DNA from: an uncultured Planctomycetota bacterium
Lineage (GTDB): Bacteria; Planctomycetota; Phycisphaerae; Tepidisphaerales; Tepidisphaeraceae
Direction: 5' to 3'
Assembly (NCBI GenBank): GCA_963841915.1
Contig: CAWJEN010000006.1
Coordinates: 224,001 to 288,000, forward strand
Length of the DNA stretch: 64,000 nucleotides
Shown: positions 22,065 through 31,334 of the stretch, one piece after another
How the letters are laid out: every line of letters starts with the position of its first letter
How positions within the stretch are numbered: position 1 is the first letter of the stretch
Position numbers and translations under genes: made by a program
The notes under the pieces: model-generated
Database searches by the model: none
What the model was told of the DNA's origin: nothing
The model's input: the letters and a program-made list of their open reading frames with translations, nothing else

Positions 22065-23598
22065 ATGGCCATCAACGTTTCCGAAATCACCAGCGTCCTC
22101 AAGCGCGAAATCGCCGGCTTCGAAGACCGGCTCAGCGTCAGCGAAGTCGGCACCGTCATCGAAGTCGGTGACGGCATCGCCCGCGTCTACGGCCTCAAGA
22201 ATGCCATGGCCGGCGAACTCCTCGAGTTCGAAGGCGGCGTCATCGGCCAGGTCTTCAACCTCGAAGAAGACTCCATCGGTGCCGTCATCTACGGCAACTA
22301 CCTCGAGCTCAAGGAAGGCGACAGCGTCAAGTCGACCGGTCGACTCCTCGAAGTGCCCGTCGGTGACGAACTCATCGGCCGCGTCGTCAACCCGCTGGGC
22401 ATCGCCCTCGACGGCAAGGGCGACATCCGCACCGGCCAGACCCGCAAGATGGACATCGTCGCGCCCGGCATCGCCGCCCGGCAGCCGGTGAGCCGAGCCG
22501 ATGGCCACCGGCATCAAGGCCGTCGACGCCATGATCCCGATCGGTCGCGGCCAACGCGAACTCATCATCGGCGACCGCAAGACCGGCAAAACCGCCGTCG
22601 CCATCGACGCCATCATCGCCCAAAAGGGCCAGGGCGTGAAGTGCTTCTACGTGGCCGTCGGTGCCAAGGAAAGCTCCGTGGCCAGCGTCGTCGACGTGCT
22701 GACGCGTGAAGGTGCGATGGAGTACACGACCGTCGTCTGTGCCAGCGCCGCCGACCCGGCCCCGCTGCAGTTCATCGCCCCCTACGCCGGCACCGCGATG
22801 GCCGAGCACTTCATGTGGCAGGGCGAAGCGACGCTCGTCGTCTACGACGACCTTTCGAAGCAGGCCGCCGCCTACCGCCAGCTGTCGCTCCTGCTCCGCC
22901 GCCCGCCCGGCCGCGAAGCGTTCCCGGGTGACGTCTTCTACTTACACTCGCGTCTCCTGGAGCGGGCCGTCAAGCTCAGCGACGCCAACGGCGGCGGATC
23001 GCTCACCGCCCTGCCCATCATCGAAACGCAGGAAGGTGAAGTCTCGGCCTACATCCCGACGAACGTCATCTCCATCACCGACGGCCAGATCTACCTCGAG
23101 CCCGACTTGTTCTTCGCAGGCGTGCGGCCGGCCATCAACGTCGGTATCTCCGTCTCTCGCGTCGGTGGCTCTGCCCAGACGAAGGCCATGAAAAAGGTCG
23201 CCGGCTCGCTGCGACTCGACCTCGCCGCCTACCGCGAACTCGAAGCCTTTGCCCAGCTCGGCACCGAGCTCGACCCGGCGACGCAGAAGCAGCTCGACCG
23301 CGGTGCCCGCCTCGTCGAACTGCTCAAGCAGCCGCAGTACAACCCGATGCCGTTCGAGCAGCAGGTCATGGTCATCTGGTCGGCCACCAACGGCCACCTC
23401 GACAACGTCCCCGTCGACCGCGTCGCCGAGTGGGAAAAGGGGTTCCTCGACTTCATCGACCAAAGCCACAGCGAGATCCGCACGAAGATGGTCGACACCA
23501 AGGCCCTCGGCGACGATGTCGTCGAAGGTCTCGAAAAGGCCGTCGCCGAGTTCAACGACAAGGTCTTCGTCCACCGCAACGAAGCCGTCGCCGCCTGA
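22065..23598 (+). CDS. atpA: F0F1 ATP synthase subunit alpha, apparent +1 indel ~22493
   Basis: [49 protein letters not shown]. Confidence 0.95.
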
Positions 23599-23625
23599 GC
23601 GGGGTGCGGTAGCTTACACAGACTT

Positions 23626-23657
23626 AAGGCGGCGAGTTTCGGCTCGCCGCCTTGTTT
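23626..23657 (+). terminator. Terminator closing the atp operon after atpA
   Basis: AAGGCGGCGAG-TTTCGG-CTCGCCGCCTT then GTTT. Confidence 0.7.
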
Positions 23658-23843
23658 CGTTGGGGCCAACACCCGAGCACCGCGATGCGCAACGGCGGCC
23701 GCCACGGCGCACGAGTCACAGTGCGCCATCCACCACTACCGCCTTCGCAGTTTCACCCATTACGTCCGCACCTGACGAACGGACCACGACGCAGAAACAC
23801 ATTGCCGCCGACGACCCGCCGACGTACTTTAGAACGCCGCCGA

Positions 23844-23859
23844 TGTTCCACGTGGAACA
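23844..23859. promoter_or_regulatory. parS-like site
   Basis: Perfect palindrome TGTTCCACGTGGAACA matching parS consensus TGTTNCACGTGNAACA. Confidence 0.88.
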
Positions 23860-23918
23860 TTCTGCCCCTCGGCAAGACACCCAAACCCCCGCCGCCGACC
23901 GCCAGCCGGGTCGGCGAA

Positions 23919-23934
23919 TGTTCCACGTGGAACA
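23919..23934. promoter_or_regulatory. parS-like site
   Basis: Second perfect TGTTCCACGTGGAACA, 75 bp from the first. Confidence 0.88.
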
Positions 23935-23941
23935 ATGAGCC

Positions 23942-24331
23942 TCAAACGCCTTCGCCCCCGCCCGATCGGCCGCCGCTGCGCAGCGCCTTATCGACGAGTT
24001 CGCCGAGCCTTCGTCGATAATCTTCCAACGGCCAGGTCTTGTGCCGGCGCGGCACGATGACGAGATCGACTGTCGGCAGCGTGTGTCGCTCGTGCCGATA
24101 CGCCTCGCGGAGCAGCCGTTTGAGGGCGACACGTTCGTGTGCCTTACCGACCCGCCGCGAAACCGTCAGTCCCAGCCGCGGATGACCCAGATCGTTCGGC
24201 CGCACATAGACCGTCAGCGGCCCACGCGATGCCTTGAGCTTCGCGTCGAAAACGGCCCGGAACGCGTTGGCACCCGACAGCCGATGCGACCGCGGGAAGG
24301 TGAGGCGAGATTGCGGGAGGACGTCGTCCAC
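23942..24331 (-). CDS. rnpA: Ribonuclease P protein component
   Basis: FPRSHRL, RLGLTVSRRVGKAHERVALKRLLREAYR (variant RNR motif). Confidence 0.88.
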   Translation of the reverse strand: MDDVLPQSRLTFPRSHRLSGANAFRAVFDAKLKASRGPLTVYVRPNDLGHPRLGLTVSRRVGKAHERVALKRLLREAYRHERHTLPTVDLVIVPRRHKTWPLEDYRRRLGELVDKALRSGGRSGGGEGV

Positions 24332-24388
24332 GGTGAAGCATCTATAGCCGCGGCTCTGGCTACACAGCCCACCTGATGTCACTCCGCT

Positions 24389-25372
24389 TCAGTCTTCGCC
24401 CTTGGCGACCAAAAACCGCTCGGCATCCAACGCCGCCTTGCAACCCATGCCGGCGGCGGTGACCGCTTGCTTGTAGTGCGGGTCGGCCACGTCGCCGGCG
24501 GCAAAGACGCCCTCGACACTCGTGTACGTCTGCTCCGGCTGCGTCAGCTTCACGAAGCCGGCGTCGTCCGTTTTTAACTGGCCGGCGAGGAACTTGGTGT
24601 TGGGCCGGTGGCCGATGGCGACGAACATGCCGACGCAGTCGATCGTTTTCTGCTCGCCAGTGTCGGTGCTCTCGACGAGCACACCCGTCACGCCGTCGGC
24701 TTCGGTGCCGAGCACTTCGACGGGCTTGGTGTGCCAGTGGATCTTGATCTTCTCATGTTCGAGCACGCGTTGCTGCATGACCTTGCTGGCCCGCATCTCG
24801 CCGCGACGGACGACGAGGTGGACGACGTCGGCAAACTTGGTTAGGTACGTCGCCTCCTCCGCGGCCGAGTCGCCACCACCGACGACGACGAGGCTTTTGC
24901 CGCGGAAGCGTGGCAACGCACCGTCGCAGATCGCACACGCGCTGACACCCTTGTTGGCAAACTCGGCTTCTCCGGGGATCTTGAGATATTTTGCGCTGGC
25001 CCCGGTGGCGATGATGACGGTGTTGCTCTTCCACTCTTTGCCGTCGGAGCCCTTGAGCTTGAATGGCCGCTCGCTGAGGTCGAGTTCGACGACGTCCTGC
25101 GTGACGATGCGGGTGCCGCAGGTGACGGCCTGTTCGCGCATCTTCAGCATGAGGTCAGGCCCCTGCACACCGCTCGGAAAGCCGGGAAAGTTCTCCACTT
25201 CTGTCGTCCAGTTGAGCTGCCCCAGCGGCAACGTGCCGGCCAGACGGTTCTCTTCGCTGATGGCTCCCTCGTACTCGAGCGGCTTGAGATTGGCCCGGGC
25301 GGCGTAGATGGCAGCGGTAAAGGCAGCAGGCCCGCTGCCGATGATGGTGACGGCTTCGACTTCGTGTTCCAC
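24389..25372 (-). CDS. trxB: Thioredoxin-disulfide reductase
   Basis: [46 protein letters not shown]. Confidence 0.95.
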   Translation of the reverse strand: MEHEVEAVTIIGSGPAAFTAAIYAARANLKPLEYEGAISEENRLAGTLPLGQLNWTTEVENFPGFPSGVQGPDLMLKMREQAVTCGTRIVTQDVVELDLSERPFKLKGSDGKEWKSNTVIIATGASAKYLKIPGEAEFANKGVSACAICDGALPRFRGKSLVVVGGGDSAAEEATYLTKFADVVHLVVRRGEMRASKVMQQRVLEHEKIKIHWHTKPVEVLGTEADGVTGVLVESTDTGEQKTIDCVGMFVAIGHRPNTKFLAGQLKTDDAGFVKLTQPEQTYTSVEGVFAAGDVADPHYKQAVTAAGMGCKAALDAERFLVAKGED

Positions 25373-25380
25373 GTGGAACC
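25365..25380. promoter_or_regulatory. parS-like site overlapping the trxB start codon
   Basis: TGTTCCACGTGGAACC, 15/16 match to the two upstream copies. Confidence 0.7.
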
Positions 25381-25438
25381 ATATACGGCCGCCGGCGGTA
25401 TCGGGTTGGCATCGTCACGCGACCGCTACCGTGGTCGC

Positions 25439-26086
25439 ATGTTCGGTGGATTCATCACGCTTCTGCAGTCGAACCCGCCTTACTACGCGGCGGCGGTCAT
25501 GACGATCATCGTCTCGATCACCCTCCACGAGCTTGCCCACGGCTTTGCCGCGATCAAGCTCGGCGATGACACGCCCGAGTACAGCGGGCACATGACGTGG
25601 AACCCGATCACGCACATGGGTCCGTTCAGCATCGCCGCGGCGTTCCTGGCGGGCATTGCGTGGGGCTCAATGCCGGTCGACCCGACGCGGCTCAAGGGCA
25701 GATACGCCGAGGCCATTGTCGCCGCGGCCGGACCGGCGGTGAACTTGCTGCTGGCGATCCTGGCCTTTACCTCGCTGGGCCTATGGATGCGGTACGGCGG
25801 CCCGATCGGGCCTGCAGACTACCGCACCGAGAACGGCCACATGGTTCTTGAAGTCGTAGGCAGATTCAACCTGCTGTTGTGCGTCTTTAACCTGCTGCCG
25901 GTGCCGCCTCTGGACGGGTCGAAGATCCTGGCGAACTTCAACCGTCCGTATGCCGAATGGACGGGCGATCCTGAAAACCAGGGCATCACCGTCATGCTGT
26001 TCGTGATCTCGTTCCTGATAGCGGGTTATCTGCTGAACCCGCTCATGGTCGTGGCAGGCGGGTACGTCGGGCTGCTTGCGGGGTGA
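25439..26086 (+). CDS. Site-2 protease (M50) family protein
   Basis: LHELAHG, AAGPAVN, FNLLPVPPLDG. Confidence 0.92.
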   Translation: MFGGFITLLQSNPPYYAAAVMTIIVSITLHELAHGFAAIKLGDDTPEYSGHMTWNPITHMGPFSIAAAFLAGIAWGSMPVDPTRLKGRYAEAIVAAAGPAVNLLLAILAFTSLGLWMRYGGPIGPADYRTENGHMVLEVVGRFNLLLCVFNLLPVPPLDGSKILANFNRPYAEWTGDPENQGITVMLFVISFLIAGYLLNPLMVVAGGYVGLLAG

Positions 26087-26115
26087 TATGACAATTGACG
26101 TGACGAGCGACGTGA

Positions 26116-26141
26116 AGCCGCAGTCCGTGGGACCGCGGCTC
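26116..26141. repeat. Single REP-like unit of family A between convergent genes
   Basis: 26120-26141 identical to 670-691 (GCAGTCCGTGGGACCGCGGCTC); self-complementary. Confidence 0.75.
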
Positions 26142-26172
26142 ATGGGACGCTGCGTCGTTGAGCGACTTCTTC

Positions 26173-27234
26173 TTACGAACCGCCCCAGAAGTTGGCGGCG
26201 TCCTCGTCGAACGCACGCTCCGGTGCCGGCTCGACGTACGACCACTCCCCCAGCCACGTCTTGAGCCACGCGGGTGGCGTGACGTACGGCGACACATCGG
26301 CGACGACGAGAATTAACGCGACGCCGATCGAGCCGACGACGCCGCTGAGCACGACACCCGCCCACGCCTTCGGCAGACGCGGCACGATCACGGCCAGCGT
26401 GCCCGCGACGGTCGGGATGACGAGCGGGATCGCGTTGAGCTTGCCGAGGTCGAAGCTGACATACCACGAAATCAATGCCGGCGGCAACATCGCAATCGGC
26501 AGCACGAACGCGCCGGCGGCAACCGCTTGGCGAACCTCCGTGAACCGCTCGCCTCGCAGCAGGAACAACACCACGGCAGACCCGAGCGTCGCCGCGACGA
26601 TCGGCAGGAACAGGACGACTGCCCCGTGAAACTCTGCTAAACCGATCAATGGCACGGCAAACATCCCGGCGATGCCCAGGCCAATGAGGTCGCCCGCGCC
26701 GCCGTCGCGACGTCTCGCCGCCCAGTACAACACAACCGCCAGGAGCGTCGACGCGATCGGCACGAGAAAGCCATAAGCGATCGGTTGCCCACGCGTGTCG
26801 CCAAACCGGCTCGGCCACAACACGAAGCCCACACACCCGATCACGATTGCGGCCACGGGCAGCGCCCACGCCTTTCGCGGCAACATCAACGCCGCCGGCC
26901 ACGCCACCAGGAGCAGCAACAACGTCGGCAACAGCCACATCCAACGCGTCCAGCTGAACGCATCGACCGATGAGCCCTCGGCGTCCAACGTCCACGCCTG
27001 CCAGGTCGCAGCAATCGCGTCACGACCCGTGTCGAACGAGCCCGGCTCTGAGACGGCGTGGAGCGGCTGCACAAAGCACACCGCCACGCCAATCAAAGCC
27101 GCGACCGGAACCGCGAAGCAGGCAAGCCGCTCTCGCTTGAGCAGCAACGCAACAAGAGCAATGACCAACCCCAGCCCGGCCGGAATGGCCAGGCCGTAGA
27201 TCGCCCGCTGGAGCATCGGGTCGTTGAGGTCCAT
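26173..27234 (-). CDS. Hypothetical multi-pass membrane protein
   Basis: 353 aa with many hydrophobic segments; 9 bp downstream of YceI gene. Confidence 0.7.
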   Translation of the reverse strand: MDLNDPMLQRAIYGLAIPAGLGLVIALVALLLKRERLACFAVPVAALIGVAVCFVQPLHAVSEPGSFDTGRDAIAATWQAWTLDAEGSSVDAFSWTRWMWLLPTLLLLLVAWPAALMLPRKAWALPVAAIVIGCVGFVLWPSRFGDTRGQPIAYGFLVPIASTLLAVVLYWAARRRDGGAGDLIGLGIAGMFAVPLIGLAEFHGAVVLFLPIVAATLGSAVVLFLLRGERFTEVRQAVAAGAFVLPIAMLPPALISWYVSFDLGKLNAIPLVIPTVAGTLAVIVPRLPKAWAGVVLSGVVGSIGVALILVVADVSPYVTPPAWLKTWLGEWSYVEPAPERAFDEDAANFWGGS

Positions 27235-27243
27235 CGGCAGAGG

Positions 27244-27870
27244 CTACTTCGCGACGCCCTGAATGCCGAAGTGGAGCGTGATCTCGTCGCTGATGCCACT
27301 GTCGCCCATCATGGTGTTGACGCCGAAGTCACTGCGCTTGATGGTGAAGGTGCCACCGATGCCCATGCGATCACCGCGTGGCGTTTGACCTGAGGCCAGT
27401 TGCTTGAGCGTGACCGCAATCGGCTTGGTTTCACCGGCCAGCGTCAGCTCGCCCTGCATGGTCATCGTGCCGTCACCGTTGTCGCTGGCACCGCTGCCGA
27501 CGAAGCGAACCGTCGGGTACTCGGCGGCCTTGAACCAGTCGGGTGCCTTGAGGTGGCCGTCCCGCTGTTCGTTGTGCGTGTCGATCGACTCCATTGGCGC
27601 GACAACGTCGACCTCGAGCGACGCCGGGTCGCTGCCGTCGTAGCTCAGCGAGCCGCTGTACTGCGTGAACATACCGAAGAATGGGCTTTGGCCCATGTAT
27701 ATCGCGCTGAAGACGATCGTTGAGTGGACCGGGTCGACGGCGTAGCCCTTGGCTTCCTGCAGGACGGCGGCCTCGGCGGCGCGCGGCTGCGGGAACAGCG
27801 TAACGCCCGCCACGCCGACGGCGAGCAGGCTGGTGACGACAACGCGGGAGACGAGGGCTTTGGAATTCAT
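27244..27870 (-). CDS. YceI-family protein
   Basis: VDPVHS, SIDTHNEQRDGHLK.PDWF..EYP, IKRSDFG. Confidence 0.92.
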   Translation of the reverse strand: MNSKALVSRVVVTSLLAVGVAGVTLFPQPRAAEAAVLQEAKGYAVDPVHSTIVFSAIYMGQSPFFGMFTQYSGSLSYDGSDPASLEVDVVAPMESIDTHNEQRDGHLKAPDWFKAAEYPTVRFVGSGASDNGDGTMTMQGELTLAGETKPIAVTLKQLASGQTPRGDRMGIGGTFTIKRSDFGVNTMMGDSGISDEITLHFGIQGVAK

Positions 27871-28097
27871 AGCTGTGACTTGCGGGATTATCAATGACGC
27901 CGAAGCTTCGACGCCGATCTATGCAGCCTACTGACGAATCGGCAAGTCGACAACGCACGTTCACCACCAATCGCCGCAGTACCACGAAGGCCCGTCAAGT
28001 TGGTCCAGGCGTGTGTAGAGCTCAGCGGGTGTCACGCGTTGCTATGGCAGTGTTCGCCGGCTTGGCCTTGGCCGAGGCGGCTGGTAGGGTCGATTTG

Positions 28098-28640
28098 ATG
28101 ATCTTCGAGGTGCGTGGTGCGGACAGACAAACGGGTAAGAACCGCATCGCACGCGTCGAGGCTGTCGACGCCGATACGGCAGAGCGACGCGCAGTCGAGG
28201 CCGGCCTTGTCGTGACGGATGTGCAAATGCTCGAACCCGAGCCGATCGAGGAACACGACGAGTCGCCGGACGATGTGGTGCCGGGCTTTGACTTTGCAGC
28301 GCCCGCGGCGACGGCAGCGCCGAAGTCGCTTGGCTACGCGGACAGCGTCGCGTCGGGCGGCGGACGCGTACCCGAGTTTGCGGCCTTGAAGTACTGGTCG
28401 GGCGTGCTGCGCATCGTGGCGATCGCCCTTCTGGTGATCGGCGGGTTCATGGTCCTGGCCGGGCTGCTTTCGTCGCTCGACACGTTGCAGCGTCGTGGCC
28501 TGTCCTTCGACGCCCTGCTCAGGGTGCTCGGCTCGCTGTTCGCAGGCCTCTCTGTGGTCGTCGCCGCCGCGCCGGTGGCGACGCTGGGCTACGCCGCCGC
28601 GGCCTTCCGCGAGCATGTCCGCCGGCATTGGAACGACTGA
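28098..28640 (+). CDS. Hypothetical membrane protein
   Basis: Small N-terminal domain, acidic linker, two C-terminal TM helices. Confidence 0.6.
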   Translation: MIFEVRGADRQTGKNRIARVEAVDADTAERRAVEAGLVVTDVQMLEPEPIEEHDESPDDVVPGFDFAAPAATAAPKSLGYADSVASGGGRVPEFAALKYWSGVLRIVAIALLVIGGFMVLAGLLSSLDTLQRRGLSFDALLRVLGSLFAGLSVVVAAAPVATLGYAAAAFREHVRRHWND

Positions 28641-28641
28641 C

Positions 28642-31212
28642 TCACTGCCCTTCGATCGCCTTCTCCCGACGCTCGGCCCGCTCGGCTTCGATGCCGGCCT
28701 CCAGCTCATCGACGCGATCGCGTAGCTCACGGAGCATCGCCGGCTCACTGTCACCGCTGCGGATCTGCTGGATGGCGGCGCGGGCGGTCTCCTTGAGCTC
28801 ATCGTCGGCCGCAGAGTCGGCGAGGCGCTGAAGCGGCTCGACGGCCTCTGTATCGAGCGTGTCGCCCAATGCCCGAACCGCCGCTGATCGATAGCGCGGC
28901 ATCGGGTCGTCGAATCGACTCACCAGAAAGTCGCGAACCCGTTCCTTTGCGTCGTCTTCAAGAGTCGGATAGAGCGTGGCCAGAGCGACGAAGCCGTTAC
29001 GTCGGGCGCGGAAGCTCGTGCCGTAGTCGGCCAGAGCCAGCGACGGCTCGAGCGCTTCGGGCACGCCGAGCTTTGCGAGAGATTCGACGGCAGCCGAGCG
29101 GACGCGGAGGCCGTGGCCGGTGTCGCTCGTTTCGTCCATCAGCAAGGTGACGATGGGATTTGTCGGCTTCTGGTTGCCAAGCCCGCTAAGAGCGGCAGCC
29201 TCGACGTAGAGCGATTCATCCTGCGTCGCGTAGGGCACGAGTGCTTCGGCTGCGGCGACGTGCTTGTATTCGCCGAGTGCCGACACCAGGTTCTGCCGGG
29301 CCATCGGGTGATCGACCGTCGCGTCGACCAGCGCCTGCCGGGCGGCGGCAGTGTCCATGCGGCCCAGCGAGCGGGCCGCCTCGGACCGCTGGCCCCAGTG
29401 CCGATCGTTGTTGTTGAGGATCATGGCGAGCGTCTCGACGGCGCGATCGTCGTCGACGCCGCCCAGCCGATCTATGGCAGCAAGGCGGGCGAAAGGTGTC
29501 GGCCCGTCCGTTGCCTGTTTCAGCGTCATTGCCAGCGGCGGGCTGAAGTCGACGAGGCTGATGAGCGAGTTGTTCGGGTCGACGATCACCATCACCGGCT
29601 CCTCACCGGTGGCGAGCGTTGCGTTGTTCCGCTTTCCATCAAGAGTGACGGTGAACTGGCGGACGTCGCCGTTCTCCATGACGCACCAGACCGGCAGATC
29701 GTGGGCAAAAGCGGGCGTGGCGTTGCTGATGTCCTGCGTCTGGCGGACCGTGAGTGCGACCACACCTGCGTCGGCGTCGTAGCTGTAGCCGATGTCGAGC
29801 TTGGGCGTACCCGGCCGGTAGACCCACTGCTGCCAGAACTGCTCGAAGTCGCGGCCGGTCACTTCTTCGAAGCACTGACGCAACTGGTCGCTTTCGACGC
29901 TGCTCAGGCCGTAGCGGCTCTGGAAGAGCTTGAGCGACTCCCAGAAAGCGTCGTCATCACCGACGGCTTCTCGGAGCATGTGGATGACGGCACTGCCCTT
30001 GCCGTACGGGTTGCAGACGCCACGACGGAAGGTGTCGCCGGGTTGCTCGTAGTAAGGCCAAACCAGCCCGTTGCCTGCGGCAACGTCGTCGGCCTCGGCG
30101 TTGCGACGCATGTTCGTAAAGACCTCGTAGGCGTACTCGTCGCGGCCGTAGTAACTCTCGTGCCAGGCATGGTCGAGGAAGGTGGCAAAGCCTTCGTTGA
30201 GCCAGAGGTGTGCCCAGGTTTTGCAGGTCGTGTGGTCGCCGAACCACTGGTGGGCGAGTTCGTGAGCGACGAGGCCGTCGAGCGTGGAGCCGACGGCGGC
30301 ACGTTCGTTGACGATGCAGTCCTGGTACATGGTGGTGACGGTCGTGTTCTCCATGCCACCAGAGCCGAAGAGGTAGACGACGCTCTGGCTGTAGGCCTCC
30401 CACGGGTATTGGCCGAGTTTGTCGGAGAAGAACTCGAGCATGTGTTGCGTGCGGCCGAACGTGCGTTCGGCGTCGGCGGCACGGCCCGGGGGCACCCAGT
30501 ACTCGATCCGCTTACCACGCCAGTCGTCGGCCCGGACGATGTCGAAATCACCGACCACGAGTGACATCAGGTAGCTGACATGCGGCTTCTGCATGCGGTA
30601 GTGCCACACGCCATTCTCGCCCTCGGCCAATCGCTCACCGTTGGCCAGAACGGACAAGCCGTCCGGCACAGCCACCTTCATCTCGGTCGTCATCCGGTCA
30701 TTCGGATAGTCATGGCAAATCACCCAGTAGCGGTTGCTCTCGGGCTGCCCCTGCGTGTGGACCATCAACGGCCGATCGGGATAGGCAGCGTCGGGCAGAG
30801 CGAACGTCATGCCGTCCGTCGGGTCGACCACCTCGTAGTCGAAGACCAGCGTGTGCTTGCTCCGCGGCGCGAGCGGCTCGGCGAAGCGGACGGTCAGCGT
30901 CTCGTCGTCGTAGCGGTAGTCGACGTCGTTACCGTCCGCGTCCGTGACGCTGAAGATCGTCATGCCGACGGCGTCGAGGTCGAGCGACCGCAGCGGCAGG
31001 GCCAGCGTCGTGAAGTCGAGTCGCTCGGTCGCCCGGAACCGCCTGGCCGTCGGCACCATCGCGATATCGAGGGCTAGGTGCGTGAAGTCGACCTGCGGAC
31101 TCGGCGGAATCTGCCGCGTCGACGCTCCGGTGGCCGGGTCGACGCCTTGGGCAGCAACAACGGAAACTGAGCCCAGCAGGCCCATCAAGACGCAAAGAAC
31201 AACACGCTTCAT
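28642..31212 (-). CDS. Secreted M1-family aminopeptidase with C-terminal HEAT repeats
   Basis: GGMEN, HELAHQWFGD..WLNEGFA, YGKGS; signal peptide; HEAT repeats. Confidence 0.92.
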   Translation of the reverse strand: MKRVVLCVLMGLLGSVSVVAAQGVDPATGASTRQIPPSPQVDFTHLALDIAMVPTARRFRATERLDFTTLALPLRSLDLDAVGMTIFSVTDADGNDVDYRYDDETLTVRFAEPLAPRSKHTLVFDYEVVDPTDGMTFALPDAAYPDRPLMVHTQGQPESNRYWVICHDYPNDRMTTEMKVAVPDGLSVLANGERLAEGENGVWHYRMQKPHVSYLMSLVVGDFDIVRADDWRGKRIEYWVPPGRAADAERTFGRTQHMLEFFSDKLGQYPWEAYSQSVVYLFGSGGMENTTVTTMYQDCIVNERAAVGSTLDGLVAHELAHQWFGDHTTCKTWAHLWLNEGFATFLDHAWHESYYGRDEYAYEVFTNMRRNAEADDVAAGNGLVWPYYEQPGDTFRRGVCNPYGKGSAVIHMLREAVGDDDAFWESLKLFQSRYGLSSVESDQLRQCFEEVTGRDFEQFWQQWVYRPGTPKLDIGYSYDADAGVVALTVRQTQDISNATPAFAHDLPVWCVMENGDVRQFTVTLDGKRNNATLATGEEPVMVIVDPNNSLISLVDFSPPLAMTLKQATDGPTPFARLAAIDRLGGVDDDRAVETLAMILNNNDRHWGQRSEAARSLGRMDTAAARQALVDATVDHPMARQNLVSALGEYKHVAAAEALVPYATQDESLYVEAAALSGLGNQKPTNPIVTLLMDETSDTGHGLRVRSAAVESLAKLGVPEALEPSLALADYGTSFRARRNGFVALATLYPTLEDDAKERVRDFLVSRFDDPMPRYRSAAVRALGDTLDTEAVEPLQRLADSAADDELKETARAAIQQIRSGDSEPAMLRELRDRVDELEAGIEAERAERREKAIEGQ

Positions 31213-31334
31213 CAGTCCGCAGCCTAGCGGCATCGCTATCTGTGGAGCAGCGTCGTGTCGAGCCGCACGTGACTTCGCTAACGTCGCGACGCCACCAACC
31301 GCGTCGGTGCGGCTGCCATCGCTCAAGATCAATT

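Noticed and set aside
23716..23938. Short ORFs containing repeated MFHVEH
   Set aside because: These are translations of the parS palindromes, not proteins
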